From Ilumatobacteraceae bacterium (GTDB taxonomy: Bacteria; Actinomycetota; Acidimicrobiia; Acidimicrobiales; Ilumatobacteraceae): a DNA stretch of 64,000 bases. The stretch lies in the NCBI GenBank assembly GCA_023263695.1, contig JALQUZ010000003.1, positions 1,817 to 65,816 of the forward strand, in the 5' to 3' direction. Positions 48,002 to 59,360 of this stretch are shown piece by piece. How positions within the stretch are numbered: the stretch's first letter is position 1; the number at the start of each line of letters is the position of its first letter. The notes beneath the pieces are model-generated. The model saw nothing but the letters and a program-made list of their open reading frames with translations, ran no database searches and was not told the origin of the DNA. A program made the position numbers and the translations under genes.

Positions 48002-48948
48002 AACACCTTCGATCGATTGAAGAACTCGGTAAAGAAGGCTTGTTGCGTTTGCTGGAGAACACTGCACAAATGGCAGAAATTAATCGTCGGCCAATTCCGA
48101 AGGTTCCAGCTCTGCGCGGCAAGACCGTGGTCAGTCTGTTCTTTGAAGACTCCACGCGTACGCGACTGAGTTTTGAAACCGCGGCAAAACGATTGTCGGC
48201 AGAAACGATGACGTTCAGCGTGTCCACGAGCAGCGTGAATAAGGGTGAAAGTCTGCGCGACACTGTGGAAACCATTACTGACATGGGCGTGCATGCATTT
48301 GTTGTGCGCCACAAGTCGGCTGGGGTGCCTTGGCAAATAGCGCAGTGGACAAATGCATCAATTATCAATGCAGGCGACGGCGCGCACCAACATCCAACGC
48401 AAGCGCTGGTGGATTGCTACACCGTTCGCGAAGCCATTGGTCGCAACTCATTTGATGGTCTTCATGTCACCATTGTTGGCGACATCAAGCACAGCCGCGT
48501 GGCTCGTAGCAATATTGCAGCCTTCACCATGCTTGGTGCTCAGGTCACACTCGTTGCACCGCCAACATTGCTGCCGGCCCACACTGCGCAATGGCCGATT
48601 CGTGTGTCGCATTCTCTCGACGAAGTCATCGCTAGCACCGACGTGTTGTACATGTTGCGCTTACAAAGCGAACGAATGGACCAAGGACTCATTCCGAATC
48701 TGGGTGAGTACGGAAACCGATTTGGTCTAACTGATCTGCGAGCACAGAGGTTGCAGTCATCGGCGGTGGTTATGCATCCCGGCCCAATGAACAGAGGAGT
48801 TGAAATGCATGTTGACCCAGCAGATTTGCCGAACTCGTTGATCCACAAGCAAGTAGCCAACGGTGTGTCAGTACGCATGGCTGTGCTTTTCGATGTGCTT
48901 GCACGAGGCGGGGAATTGAATTCATTGAAGGAAGAAGGTGCTGCGTGA
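47998..48948 (+). CDS. pyrB: aspartate carbamoyltransferase catalytic subunit
   Basis: STRTRLSFE, HQHPTQAL, HPGPMNRG. GTGA overlap with pyrR. Confidence 0.96.
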   Translation: MKHLRSIEELGKEGLLRLLENTAQMAEINRRPIPKVPALRGKTVVSLFFEDSTRTRLSFETAAKRLSAETMTFSVSTSSVNKGESLRDTVETITDMGVHAFVVRHKSAGVPWQIAQWTNASIINAGDGAHQHPTQALVDCYTVREAIGRNSFDGLHVTIVGDIKHSRVARSNIAAFTMLGAQVTLVAPPTLLPAHTAQWPIRVSHSLDEVIASTDVLYMLRLQSERMDQGLIPNLGEYGNRFGLTDLRAQRLQSSAVVMHPGPMNRGVEMHVDPADLPNSLIHKQVANGVSVRMAVLFDVLARGGELNSLKEEGAA

Positions 48949-50228
48949 GCGTGATTATTTCTGGTGCGACGGTGCTGACTGACAGCGGAGAACAACGTCT
49001 CGATGTGCGCATTGAAGGTGGCGTGATTGCAGAACTGGCTGACACCATTACGGCTTCTGCTGGAGATGTAGTGCTGAGTGCAGTCGGTTGCCATGTGCTG
49101 CCTGGTTTTGTCGATCTACATACACATTTGCGTGAACCAGGTAAAGAAGATTCCGAAACGATTGAAACGGGAAGTCGCGCAGGGGCAAAGGGTGGGTACA
49201 CCGCACTCGTTGCAATGCCGAACACCACTCCTGCACAAGATTCCATTCCCATCATCGAATTCGTTCGTGCACAAGGGCGAAGTGCTGGCTTGCTCGAAGT
49301 GGTTCCAAGCGGTTGCATCACCGTTGGCCGCGCAGGTGTTGCATTGGCGCCACTGGCCGACATGGCTCGTAATGGCGTAACGATCTTCACCGATGACGGA
49401 TCGGGAGTACAAGACCCGGCAATCATGCGACGAGCAATGGAATACTCGCGCGAATTGGGGATCACCCTTGCGCAACACTGCGAAGTATCTGCACTTACTG
49501 CAGGAGCGGTGATGAATGAATGCTCATGCTCGAGCGAAATGGGTGTACCTGGTTGGCCAGCACTTGCAGAAGAGCTCATGGTGCATCGCGATATTGAATT
49601 GGCCAAGCTCACAGGTGCTCGCATTCACTTCTTGCATTTGTCAACTGCGGGAAGCGTGCACTTGGTGCGCGAAGCTAAGAAGTCTGGCCTGCCAATTACC
49701 GCCGAAGTAACTCCGCATCACCTGTCACTGACCGAAGAATTGCTGAAGTCATTCGACCCCACGTACAAGGTGAATCCGCCATTGCGATCAGCGGCTGATA
49801 TCGAAGCGCTGAAAGAGGGATTGCTCGACGGCACCATCGATGCCGTTGCTACCGATCATGCACCACACGTTCGCCGCGACAAAGAATTGCCGTTAGATCA
49901 AGCGCCACCAGGAATGCTCGGACTAGAAACCGCGCTTGGCGTCGTGCTCTCGGTGGTGCCAATGTCTGCGGCTCAACTCGCCACCGTCATGTCCACGAAT
50001 CCGGCACGGATCGCCGGATTGTCGGATCGCCACGGGATGCTTGCTGCAGTGGGTCGACCTGCCAATCTGAGTGTCGTGGATTTAGATGCGCATTGGAGTG
50101 TTGACCCAACACAATTAGCGAGCAAGAGCATCAATACTCCCTTTGTAGGACGATCACTTCGTGGCAAAGTAAGACACACGATTTTTGAAGGAGAAGTAGT
50201 GGTGAACGAAGGCGTGGCACAGCGATGA
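48945..50228 (+). CDS. pyrC: dihydroorotase
   Basis: VDLHTHLREPG and ATDHAPH. GTGA overlap with pyrB. Confidence 0.93.
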   Translation: MSVIISGATVLTDSGEQRLDVRIEGGVIAELADTITASAGDVVLSAVGCHVLPGFVDLHTHLREPGKEDSETIETGSRAGAKGGYTALVAMPNTTPAQDSIPIIEFVRAQGRSAGLLEVVPSGCITVGRAGVALAPLADMARNGVTIFTDDGSGVQDPAIMRRAMEYSRELGITLAQHCEVSALTAGAVMNECSCSSEMGVPGWPALAEELMVHRDIELAKLTGARIHFLHLSTAGSVHLVREAKKSGLPITAEVTPHHLSLTEELLKSFDPTYKVNPPLRSAADIEALKEGLLDGTIDAVATDHAPHVRRDKELPLDQAPPGMLGLETALGVVLSVVPMSAAQLATVMSTNPARIAGLSDRHGMLAAVGRPANLSVVDLDAHWSVDPTQLASKSINTPFVGRSLRGKVRHTIFEGEVVVNEGVAQR

Positions 50229-51307
50229 GCATTCGTGACGGTCAGCTGGTGTTGCGCGATGGTTCGGTATTCGAAGGTGAACTCATTGGTGCGGTAAGTG
50301 CAGGTGGAGTTTCCAGTGGCGAGGTGGTGTTCCACACCGGATTAACCGGCTATCAAGAGGTCATCTCCGACCCTTCGTATGCAGGGCAGATTATTACGTT
50401 CACCACTCCACACATTGGCAACTACGGAACGACTCCACGGGATAACGAAGCATCGCGCGTACATGCTCGCGGTGTCATTGTTCGCGAAGAGGCACGTCGC
50501 GAAAGTAACTGGCGAAGCGATCACTCGTTGGATTCCTATTTGGCAAACATGGGTGTCAGCGGAATCGCTGGTATCGATACTCGTCGGCTCACTCGTATTT
50601 TGCGTGATACCGGCGCAATGCCAGGTGCCTTTGGTTCTGCGGACCATGCAACGTTGTTGGCAGCAGCAAAAAACGAAGCTGGTACTGCCGGAGTGCAACT
50701 TGTCGATCAGGTAACTACACAGACTCCGTATGTCATTGGATCCGGACATTACAAAGTGGTGGCGTACGACTTTGGAATCAAGTCAACGATTCTTCGCTGT
50801 CTTAGCGAAATCGCTACGGTCACCGTTGTTCCTGCATCAACATCTGCCGATGAAGTTCGGGCGCTTGCACCTCATGGTGTGTTTTTGTCGAATGGCCCAG
50901 GAGACCCTGAAGCAGTAGTTGGTGCGCCAGAACACATTCGCTCTCTTGTCGACGGTGGCATGCCGGTATTCGGAATTTGCCTCGGACATCAGCTGCTGAC
51001 CTTGGCTCTTGGCGGTACAACGTTCAAACTTCCCTTTGGTCATCACGGTGCAAACCATCCAGTTCGCAATTTGCGCACAGGCAGTGTTGAAATCACCAGC
51101 CAGAATCACAACTTCTGCGTCGACCCACAATCGTTAAGCGGAATTGCCGACATTACGCACACCAACTTGAACGACCTCACCAATGAAGGAATGGCAGTGC
51201 GAGATGCACGTGCGTTCAGCGTGCAATATCACCCAGAGGCTGGGCCAGGGCCACACGATTCTCGATATCTCTTTAATGAGTTTCGCCAACTGATGGAGGC
51301 GAAATAA
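50225..51307 (+). CDS. carA: carbamoyl-phosphate synthase small (glutaminase) subunit
   Basis: GICLGHQLL and [14 protein letters not shown] overlap with pyrC. Confidence 0.96.
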   Translation: MSIRDGQLVLRDGSVFEGELIGAVSAGGVSSGEVVFHTGLTGYQEVISDPSYAGQIITFTTPHIGNYGTTPRDNEASRVHARGVIVREEARRESNWRSDHSLDSYLANMGVSGIAGIDTRRLTRILRDTGAMPGAFGSADHATLLAAAKNEAGTAGVQLVDQVTTQTPYVIGSGHYKVVAYDFGIKSTILRCLSEIATVTVVPASTSADEVRALAPHGVFLSNGPGDPEAVVGAPEHIRSLVDGGMPVFGICLGHQLLTLALGGTTFKLPFGHHGANHPVRNLRTGSVEITSQNHNFCVDPQSLSGIADITHTNLNDLTNEGMAVRDARAFSVQYHPEAGPGPHDSRYLFNEFRQLMEAK

Positions 51308-54300
51308 TGCCACGGCGTTCTGACATACACAGCATTTTGATTATTGGCTCTGGCCCGATTGTCATCGGTCAGGCATGCGAGTTTGATTACTCGGGAACGC
51401 AAGCGTGTCGTGTATTGAAAGAAGAGGGTTACCGAGTCATTTTGGCTAACTCAAACCCTGCGACCATCATGACCGACCCAGACTTTGCCGATCGCACATA
51501 CATCGAACCACTGACGCCCGAAGTATTAGAAGCCATCATCGAACGCGAAAAGCCAGATGCGGTGTTACCAACACTTGGTGGACAGACTGCATTGAACCTC
51601 GCTATGGCGCTGTTCGAAAAAGGTGTTGTCGGAGTGCCTGGCAAACCTGAACTGATTGGTGCAAACGCCGAGGCAATTGCAACTGCAGAAGATCGCGAGA
51701 AGTTCAAAATTGCCATGCTGGAAATTGGACTCAAGGTTCCGCAAAGTGGCGTTGCTCGCAGCTTGGATGAAGCAGAAGTAGTGCGCCAAGAAATCGGTTT
51801 GCCACTCATCGTTCGCCCTGCGTACATTCTTGGCGGACGAGGCATGGGGATTGCTCACACGCCAGAAGAGTTCCGTACCGTAGTGTCAACAGGAATTTCT
51901 GCAAGTCCAATTGGCGAAGTGCTCATTGAGAAATCAATCGCAGGGTGGAAAGAGTACGAACTTGAAGTAATGCGCGATCGCGCAGACAATTGCGTCATTA
52001 TCTGCTCTATCGAAAACGTGGACCCAATGGGTGTGCACACTGGAGACTCCATCACCGTGGCTCCAGCAATGACATTGTCCGATGTGGAGTATCAAGAAAT
52101 GCGTGACGCTGCGTTTGCGTGCATTCGCCGTGTTGGTGTTGAAACCGGTGGATCGAACGTGCAATTCGCTGTCAACCCAGTAACCGGCGATCAGTTTGTA
52201 ATCGAGATGAACCCTCGAGTTTCGCGATCTTCTGCGTTGGCGTCGAAAGCAACAGGTTTCCCGATCGCGAAGATTGCCGCAAAACTCGCAGTTGGATACA
52301 CGCTCGACGAAATTTCTAACGACATTACGAAAAAGACTCCCGCCAGTTTCGAGCCAACCATTGACTATGTAGTCACCAAAATTCCGCGTTGGGCATTTGA
52401 AAAATTCCCGGGAACCAGTGGAATTCTCGGCACGCAAATGCAAAGCGTTGGCGAGGCAATGGCCATTGGTCGCACCTTTGCGGAAAGCTTGCAAAAGGCG
52501 TTGCGCTCGTTAGAGAACGGTCGCATGGGACTGAACTGCGATCCAGCCGAATTGAATTATCGCACCATGAGCGATGACGAAGTTCTTGTGGCTGCTGGAG
52601 TTCCTACCCCGGAACGTTTGTTCTATGTGGGCGAAGCCATTTACCGAGGAATCAACCTTGGCCGAATTTACGAAACCTGCAAAATCGATCACTGGTTCCT
52701 CGACCAGATGCTTACGATCGTGGAAGAACGTCGAGTGCTCAGCCAAACCGCAATGTCTGCAATGTCGGTACGTGGTTGGCGACGTGCGAAGCGACTCGGA
52801 TTCTCCGATGCACAACTGGCATACATCTGGTCGGTAAATGAAAACGACGTTCGACACGCTCGAATTTCGGCTGGAGTCATTCCGACGTACAAAGCCGTCG
52901 ACACATGCAGCGCCGAGTTTGCTGCACAAACTCCGTACCACTATTCAACATACGAAGATGAAAACGAAGTTCGTCCTTCGGAAAAACAGCGCGTCATCAT
53001 TTTGGGAAGTGGCCCGAACAGAATCGGACAAGGAATTGAATTTGACTACTGCTGTGTGCACGCAAGCTTCGCGCTTCGCGACGCAGGATTTGAAACGGTC
53101 ATGATCAACTGCAACCCAGAAACAGTGTCTACCGACTACGACACATCCGATCGGTTGTACTTCGAGCCATTGACACGCGAAGACGTGATGAATGTCATTC
53201 AGGCGGAAATCAAGGCTTCAACAACTCCGCCGCGAGTAATTGTGAGCCTCGGTGGGCAAACGCCATTGAAATTGGCGAACTACATTCCTGCAGAGCTCAT
53301 CGCAGGAACATCTCCTGAGTCCATTGATCTTGCTGAAGACCGTAAGAAGTGGAGCGCGTTGTGCGAAGAGTTGAAAATTTCGCAGCCACCTGGCGGAACT
53401 GCACTCACATTTGACGAAGCAAAAACCATTGCATCGCGCATTGGTTACCCAGTTCTTGTGCGTCCGAGCTACGTGCTTGGTGGGCGAGCAATGCAAATTG
53501 TGCACGACGAGGCGCACTTGCAACGGGCTATGAACGAACTGGCTGCCGCCGGAACTCTTGGAAGAGAGGGTGGTTTGTCTGCTGAACGCCCGGTCCTCAT
53601 CGATCGCTTCCTTGATGATGCAACCGAAATTGATGTTGATGCCATTCGCGACTCCAGTGGCGAAGTGCTCATTGGCGGCGTAATGGAACACGTGGAAGAA
53701 GCAGGAGTGCACTCTGGTGACTCTGCTTGCGCAATTCCGCCTCCAACGCTTGAGCCGTGGATTATTGAAGCAGTTGAGTCGTACACGCGAGTTATTGCGA
53801 GCGCCCTAAAAGTGGTTGGCTTGCTCAACGTGCAATTCGCTGTTGCTGGGTCGACGGTGTATGTCATTGAAGCGAACCCTCGCGCCAGCCGCACGGTTCC
53901 ATTCGTTGCTAAGGCAACGGGTGTGCCCTTGGCGAAGGTGGCAAGTCGAGTAATGCTGGGTGCAACTCTTGCCGAACTTCGCTCTGAAGGATTGTTGAAA
54001 CCACCAACCAATTTCGGACATGTATCGGTGAAAGAGGCGGTGCTTCCGTTCAATCGCTTCCCAGGAGTCGACACAGCACTCGGACCAGAAATGCGCTCAA
54101 CAGGCGAAGTCATGGGTATTGACAGCACATTCGGACGGGCATTTATTAAAGCCGAATCTGCAGCGGGCACAACCTTGCCTACTTCGGGAATGGTGTTCCT
54201 TTCACTGAATGACAAAGACAAGCCAAGCGGACTTGTCGTTGCGAAGCGATTGCGTGAACTTGGATTGGGCATTGCTGCAACTTCTGGCACAGCCGACTAC

Positions 54301-54600
54301 CTCTCACGTTTCGGGTACCCCGTTGACAGAGTGGTTGGCAAAGTTTCGGAACAGTCGCAGGGGAGCATCGCCGACGATGCAGTGAACCTCATTGAACGCG
54401 GAGAAATTGAGTTTGTCATCAACACTCCTCGTGGTCGCGGTGCACACTCGGACGGCGAAGCAATTCGCAAGGCCGCAAACATCTGGCGCGTGTCATCAGT
54501 AACTACCATCAATGCAGCGCTGGCCGCTGTGCAAGGTTTGGCAGAACAAAAGTTGCAACCGCTCACCGTTAAGTCTCTGCAGGAGTACCACGGTAGGTGA
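51307..54600 (+). CDS. carB: carbamoyl-phosphate synthase large subunit
   Basis: 1097 aa with duplicated ATP-grasp halves (MGVHTGDSI / AGVHSGDSA) and an MGS-like C-terminus. Confidence 0.98.
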   Translation: MPRRSDIHSILIIGSGPIVIGQACEFDYSGTQACRVLKEEGYRVILANSNPATIMTDPDFADRTYIEPLTPEVLEAIIEREKPDAVLPTLGGQTALNLAMALFEKGVVGVPGKPELIGANAEAIATAEDREKFKIAMLEIGLKVPQSGVARSLDEAEVVRQEIGLPLIVRPAYILGGRGMGIAHTPEEFRTVVSTGISASPIGEVLIEKSIAGWKEYELEVMRDRADNCVIICSIENVDPMGVHTGDSITVAPAMTLSDVEYQEMRDAAFACIRRVGVETGGSNVQFAVNPVTGDQFVIEMNPRVSRSSALASKATGFPIAKIAAKLAVGYTLDEISNDITKKTPASFEPTIDYVVTKIPRWAFEKFPGTSGILGTQMQSVGEAMAIGRTFAESLQKALRSLENGRMGLNCDPAELNYRTMSDDEVLVAAGVPTPERLFYVGEAIYRGINLGRIYETCKIDHWFLDQMLTIVEERRVLSQTAMSAMSVRGWRRAKRLGFSDAQLAYIWSVNENDVRHARISAGVIPTYKAVDTCSAEFAAQTPYHYSTYEDENEVRPSEKQRVIILGSGPNRIGQGIEFDYCCVHASFALRDAGFETVMINCNPETVSTDYDTSDRLYFEPLTREDVMNVIQAEIKASTTPPRVIVSLGGQTPLKLANYIPAELIAGTSPESIDLAEDRKKWSALCEELKISQPPGGTALTFDEAKTIASRIGYPVLVRPSYVLGGRAMQIVHDEAHLQRAMNELAAAGTLGREGGLSAERPVLIDRFLDDATEIDVDAIRDSSGEVLIGGVMEHVEEAGVHSGDSACAIPPPTLEPWIIEAVESYTRVIASALKVVGLLNVQFAVAGSTVYVIEANPRASRTVPFVAKATGVPLAKVASRVMLGATLAELRSEGLLKPPTNFGHVSVKEAVLPFNRFPGVDTALGPEMRSTGEVMGIDSTFGRAFIKAESAAGTTLPTSGMVFLSLNDKDKPSGLVVAKRLRELGLGIAATSGTADYLSRFGYPVDRVVGKVSEQSQGSIADDAVNLIERGEIEFVINTPRGRGAHSDGEAIRKAANIWRVSSVTTINAALAAVQGLAEQKLQPLTVKSLQEYHGR

Positions 54601-55565
54601 GTAAGCATTCGGCGATCTCTAGCAGCGTGGCTTGCGTCGGGTCAGTTGCCTTGAAATCGCCAATCATGAACGCTTCGGGAACGGCAGGCCACGGCACAGA
54701 ATTGCATCGCTATGTTGACTTGAGTTCGCTTGGTGCCTTCGTGGTGAAGTCACTCGCACATTTTGAATGGGCAGGTAACGCTTCGCCGCGACTTTCACCA
54801 ACTTCAGGCGGAATGTTGAATGCTGTCGGCTTGCAAGGCCCCGGTATCGAGTACTGGATTGCGCGCGACCTGCCGAAGCTACTTGCTGTTGGTGCAAACA
54901 TCGTGGTCAGCATTTGGGGGTTCGGCGTAGACGACTATGTACAAGCCGCAACGATGTTGCAACCGGTTGCCAAACATCTTTCTGCAATCGAAATCAATCT
55001 GTCATGTCCGAATACAAAGTCTGCAACCGATGGTTCGGCTCGGCACGCCATCTTTGCTCACGAGCCTCACCTCGTTGAAGAAATTGTTCGTGCATCCTTA
55101 ATCGAAGGCGTTCCAGCCTGGGCAAAGCTCAGTCCAAACACGCACCTCGTTATTGAAGGCGCACGTGCGGCCCAGCGTGGTGGAGCACAAGCAGTCACGC
55201 TCATGAACACCGCACTTGGCATGTCCATGAATGCAGCAACTGGTTTGCCATCTCTTGGTAACGGTGGTGGTGGGTTGTCTGGGCGTTCAGTGCACCCCAT
55301 TGCCGTGCGCGCCATCTACGAAGTGTCAGCGAATGTTCCCGACCTGCCCATTGTTGGCGCAGGTGGTGTGACCAGTGGATGGGAAGCAATTGAACTCATG
55401 CTTGCTGGGGCAAGTGCTGTGCAGGTTGGCACCGCAAACTTTGCTGAACCTCGTTCAATGACACGTATCCAACGTGAAATGAAGAGTTGGGCAAAGCGTC
55501 ACGGAGTGAATGAGTGGTCAGAAATTGTTGGACTTGCTCATCGAGGCGGGTTACGCGCGCTCTGA
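54597..55565 (+). CDS. pyrD: dihydroorotate dehydrogenase, class 1 (cytosolic type)
   Basis: [53 protein letters not shown]. No N-terminal membrane helix. GTGA overlap with carB. Confidence 0.9.
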   Translation: MSKHSAISSSVACVGSVALKSPIMNASGTAGHGTELHRYVDLSSLGAFVVKSLAHFEWAGNASPRLSPTSGGMLNAVGLQGPGIEYWIARDLPKLLAVGANIVVSIWGFGVDDYVQAATMLQPVAKHLSAIEINLSCPNTKSATDGSARHAIFAHEPHLVEEIVRASLIEGVPAWAKLSPNTHLVIEGARAAQRGGAQAVTLMNTALGMSMNAATGLPSLGNGGGGLSGRSVHPIAVRAIYEVSANVPDLPIVGAGGVTSGWEAIELMLAGASAVQVGTANFAEPRSMTRIQREMKSWAKRHGVNEWSEIVGLAHRGGLRAL

Positions 55566-55582
55566 GCCGCTAAAATCTTTCT

Positions 55583-55867
55583 ATGTCGCCCGCATTATTG
55601 ACCGAATTGCGGCAAGAGATTGCCAATTTGTGTCAGCAGATTGCTTCTGGGCGGCGTTCGTTTATCGACGTGATCTCGCTTGATGAGAGCAAACGCAGTA
55701 CCGCCGAGTCGTATGTATATGTGGTGAAGGCATTGGAAGCTGAGTCAAGTGTTGGCAAAGTTCGCGCGCGACGCATCATGGCAGACCTCGATATTGCTGA
55801 ACGATGCAACATCGGCTCTCTGACAACGCAACAAGTTGAGCAATTGAAAGCCGCGTTGCATTCGTGA
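55583..55867 (+). CDS. mihF: actinobacterial integration host factor (mIHF)
   Basis: 94 aa with KALEAESSVGKVRARRIMADLDI. Conserved position upstream of gmk-rpoZ. Confidence 0.8.
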   Translation: MSPALLTELRQEIANLCQQIASGRRSFIDVISLDESKRSTAESYVYVVKALEAESSVGKVRARRIMADLDIAERCNIGSLTTQQVEQLKAALHS

Positions 55868-56418
55868 GCAAGTCGCTCATCGTCGTGGTCTCCGGGCCGG
55901 GTGGAGTGGGCAAGAGCACGATCGTTGAAGAATTGGTGAAGCGTGATTTACGGTTATGGCTGAGCCGCTCATGGACAACACGTGAACAGCGACCAGGTGA
56001 AGCACCTGATGCGTACAAGTTTGTGACGCGCGAACAATTCCAGCAGCGCATCGATGCAAACGGATTTTTAGAATGGACCGAGTTCATCGGTAATTTGTAT
56101 GGAACTCCCAACCCAGAGGCGCCAGCCGGACGCGACATCGTGCTCGAAATTGAAGTGGATGGCGCACAGCAAGTGAAGCAACAGCACCCAGAAGCTCTGT
56201 TGCTGTTTGTACTTCCACCATCGCGAGAGGAGCAAAAAGCTCGTTTGCATGGTCGGGGAGACGCTGACAACAAGGTGGAGCAGCGGCTAAAAAAGGCCGA
56301 AGAGGAAGAACCGGTGGGCAAGGCTTTGGCTGACTTTGTGTTGATCAATGATGATCTCGCCCAAACCGTGGATGACATGCTGGAACTCATTGCCAAGGAG
56401 CGGGTAAAACGCGGCTAG
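55864..56418 (+). CDS. gmk: guanylate kinase
   Basis: VVSGPGGVGKST P-loop and TTREQRPGE. GTGA overlap with mihF. Confidence 0.93.
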   Translation: MSKSLIVVVSGPGGVGKSTIVEELVKRDLRLWLSRSWTTREQRPGEAPDAYKFVTREQFQQRIDANGFLEWTEFIGNLYGTPNPEAPAGRDIVLEIEVDGAQQVKQQHPEALLLFVLPPSREEQKARLHGRGDADNKVEQRLKKAEEEEPVGKALADFVLINDDLAQTVDDMLELIAKERVKRG

Positions 56419-56454
56419 AAGGGTAGAATTATCGCCCTAGCGAAAGGACCCCCT

Positions 56455-56856
56455 GTGGTTGCTGAAGACACCATGATGAACCCGCCACTCGAGAGCTTGA
56501 TGCACCGCACGCATTCCAAGTTCAGCCTGGTCACCTTGGCCGCACGACGTGCACGCGAAATCAACTCATATTTCAATCAGCTCGGCGAAGGACTTGGAAC
56601 CATGGTTCCACCACAGGTCAGTTCCACTTCACGCAAGCCGTTGTCCATCAGCTTTGAAGAGATTGCTGCAGACAAGATCGTCGGCGTTGAAATGGCAGAT
56701 TACGAAGCCATTGAAGCCGAACTTGATGCGCAAATGCTTGACGATGCAGCCGACGATGTCGTTGCTGCATTTGACGAGCCGGCTGCGGAAGTTGAGTCAA
56801 TTTCGATTGACGAGTCTGCAGTTGACGAAGCACCAGCCTCAGAAGAAAACGCGTAG
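56455..56856 (+). CDS. rpoZ: DNA-directed RNA polymerase subunit omega
   Basis: SKFSLVTLAARRAREINSYF and an acidic C-terminal tail. GTG at 56455 after AAAGGA (ATG 56473 is an alternative). Confidence 0.88.
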   Translation: MVAEDTMMNPPLESLMHRTHSKFSLVTLAARRAREINSYFNQLGEGLGTMVPPQVSSTSRKPLSISFEEIAADKIVGVEMADYEAIEAELDAQMLDDAADDVVAAFDEPAAEVESISIDESAVDEAPASEENA

Positions 56857-56860
56857 TTCA

Positions 56861-56880
56861 TTTCTCGCATCAGCGAGAGA
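56861..56880 (+). terminator. short hairpin between rpoZ and coaBC (weak terminator or attenuator candidate)
   Basis: UUUCUCGC-AUCA-GCGAGAGA (8 bp including one GU) followed by ACUGAUUUCU. The U-tract is poor. Confidence 0.2.
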
Positions 56881-56894
56881 ACTGATTTCTAGCC

Positions 56895-58112
56895 ATGTCG
56901 CTTCGCGGAAAGCACATTGTGTTGTGTGTTTCTGGTGGCATCGCCGCGTACAAAGCTGTTGAACTCTGTCGGCTGTTAGTCGATGCAGGTGCACACGTTG
57001 CACCGGTCATGACTGCAGACGCTGAACACTTCATTGGTAAAACCACACTGTCTGCGCTTGCTTCCGAGCCAGTGCACACCACGTTGTGGGATGACGCAAA
57101 TCCAATTCCGCATACTCGACTTGCCCAGCGAGCAGATCTCATTGTCGTTGCACCAGCAACTGCACGCGTCATTGGTTCGTACGCCGCAGGTATTTCAAGC
57201 GACTTTCTCACCGCAACTCTGATTGCCACGCGTGCACCAGTGTTGGTGTGCCCAGCGATGCATACCGAAATGTGGGAACACCTATCGGTGCAGGAAAACA
57301 TTGCGACCTTGCGTCGACGAGGCGTACATATTCTTGAACCAGAAACCGGACGACTCGCGGGCGGTGATGTTGGTGCCGGACGATTGGCAGAGCCTCCACG
57401 TATATATTCAGAAGTGGAGCAATTGCTCACACCTGGTGACTTGCATGGAACCTATGTAGTCGTTACTGCGGGCGGAACGCGTGAACCAATAGACGCCGTT
57501 CGCGTGATCGCTAATCGCTCTACTGGCAAGCAGGGCTACGCAATAGCAACCGAAGCTGTTGCGCGCGGAGCAAAAGTGACGCTGATTTCCACATCCGATT
57601 TGCCAACACCATTTGGTGTCAATCTCGTGCAGGTTGAAACCGCGCAGCAGATGATGGATGCAGTCAACACCGAAGCCAAGTTGGCTGATGTAGTGGTCAT
57701 GGCTGCAGCAGTTGCCGATGTTCGGCCTGTGCGTGCGGCCATGCACAAGTTAAAAAAAGACCCACTAACGGGTCTCATCTGTGATCTGGGATCAATTGAA
57801 CTTGAAGCCACTCCCGACATTTTGGCGGGCCTTGGCAAGAGCAAGCCGGCTGGCCAGGTGCTGGTTGGTTTTGCAGCCGAGACCGAAAATCTCGTAGCTA
57901 ATGCCCAAGCCAAGCTTGACCGTAAAGGTGCCGACCTCATTGTTGCCAATGATGTCTCCCAAGCAGGTGTCGGATTTGCACACACCACTAATGCCGTGAC
58001 CTTGGTCGCCCGTGGAACCGAGCCCGTTGAAGTAGCGCTCGCCGATAAGCGTTCGATTGCCAGGTCCATTGTGAACGCCGTAGTTGCCATTCGGTCTGCA
58101 CGCACCAACTAG
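56895..58112 (+). CDS. coaBC: bifunctional phosphopantothenoylcysteine decarboxylase/phosphopantothenate--cysteine ligase
   Basis: N-terminal flavoprotein VSGGIAAYK...PAMHTEMW and C-terminal CoaB domain (VTAGGTREPIDAVRVIANRSTGKQG). Confidence 0.95.
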   Translation: MSLRGKHIVLCVSGGIAAYKAVELCRLLVDAGAHVAPVMTADAEHFIGKTTLSALASEPVHTTLWDDANPIPHTRLAQRADLIVVAPATARVIGSYAAGISSDFLTATLIATRAPVLVCPAMHTEMWEHLSVQENIATLRRRGVHILEPETGRLAGGDVGAGRLAEPPRIYSEVEQLLTPGDLHGTYVVVTAGGTREPIDAVRVIANRSTGKQGYAIATEAVARGAKVTLISTSDLPTPFGVNLVQVETAQQMMDAVNTEAKLADVVVMAAAVADVRPVRAAMHKLKKDPLTGLICDLGSIELEATPDILAGLGKSKPAGQVLVGFAAETENLVANAQAKLDRKGADLIVANDVSQAGVGFAHTTNAVTLVARGTEPVEVALADKRSIARSIVNAVVAIRSARTN

Positions 58113-58166
58113 TCTCTACACGTCATACCGACGAGTCGCGAAAGCGGCACAACAGATGGAGCAGTT

Positions 58167-59360
58167 GTGAGAAAATTCACCTTTACTTCGGAGAGCGTTA
58201 CCGAAGGCCACCCGGACAAGATGGCTGACCAAGTTTCCGATGCAGTCCTTGACGCAATTTTGACGGAAGACCCACATGGTCGCGTAGCTTGCGAAACACT
58301 GCTTACTACTGGCTTGTGTGTTGTTGCTGGTGAAATCACTACCTCTGCTTACGTTGACATTCCAAAAATTGCTCGTGAAGTGATTAAGGGAATTGGCTAC
58401 GACAACGCGTTGTACGGCTTCGATGGAAACACGTGCGGTGTCATCGTGTCAATCGACGAGCAAAGTTCAGACATCGCTATGGGTGTTGACGCGAGCGAAG
58501 AAACACGCAGCGGTCAAAGCGGCGAAGACAAACTCAACAGCCAGGGCGCTGGCGACCAAGGAATGATGTTTGGTTATGCATGCAATGAGACACCAGAGCT
58601 CATGCCATTGCCAATCAACCTTGCGCATCGCATGGCCGAAAAACTTGCTGAAGTTCGTAAGTCAGGAGCAATTCCATATTTGCGTCCAGACGGAAAAACT
58701 CAGGTCACATTCGAATACGAAAATGGAATTCCTGTGCGATTGTCAACAGTGCTGATTTCGACTCAGCACGCTGATGGAACTCCTCGCGACACCGTCATTC
58801 GTCCAGACCTCATTGAGCAAGTGATTCGTCCGGTTATTCCCGCTCAGTTCCAGAACGACAAATACGCTGTGCATATCAATCCAACTGGCGAGTTCGTCAA
58901 GGGTGGGCCACATGCCGACACCGGACTTACTGGTCGCAAAATTATCGTTGACACATACGGTGGTATGGGTCGTCACGGTGGTGGTGCATTCAGCGGTAAA
59001 GACCCATCAAAGGTTGACCGCTCTGCTGCATATGCAGCCCGTTGGGTAGCAAAGCATGTTGTTGCTGCAGGCGCTGCATCGCGTTGCGAAGTACAAGTTG
59101 CTTACGCAATCGGTATGGCTCAGCCAATCAGCATTTTGGTAGAAACTTTCGGAACGAACACCGTTGACGAAGTAGCAATTGAAGACGCCGTTCGTCAGGT
59201 ATTTGACCTTCGTCCTGCTGCAATTTTGCGTGACCTTGACTTGAAGCGTCCGATCTACAACAAGACGGCTGCATACGGTCACTTTGGTCGAGCACTTCCA
59301 GAATTTACGTGGGAGACGCTGTCGCGCTTGAAGGAATTCAAAGCAGCAGTCAAACTCTAA
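58167..59360 (+). CDS. metK: S-adenosylmethionine synthase
   Basis: [48 protein letters not shown] start. Confidence 0.98.
   Translation: MRKFTFTSESVTEGHPDKMADQVSDAVLDAILTEDPHGRVACETLLTTGLCVVAGEITTSAYVDIPKIAREVIKGIGYDNALYGFDGNTCGVIVSIDEQSSDIAMGVDASEETRSGQSGEDKLNSQGAGDQGMMFGYACNETPELMPLPINLAHRMAEKLAEVRKSGAIPYLRPDGKTQVTFEYENGIPVRLSTVLISTQHADGTPRDTVIRPDLIEQVIRPVIPAQFQNDKYAVHINPTGEFVKGGPHADTGLTGRKIIVDTYGGMGRHGGGAFSGKDPSKVDRSAAYAARWVAKHVVAAGAASRCEVQVAYAIGMAQPISILVETFGTNTVDEVAIEDAVRQVFDLRPAAILRDLDLKRPIYNKTAAYGHFGRALPEFTWETLSRLKEFKAAVKL

Noticed and set aside
58113-58166. Possible SAM riboswitch upstream of metK (contains a GUCGC-GAAA-GCGGC tetraloop hairpin).
   Set aside because: The gap is only 54 nt, which is too short for any known SAM riboswitch class, and no SAM-I or SAM-IV conserved cores are visible. 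It is probably just a short leader with SD GAUGGAG.
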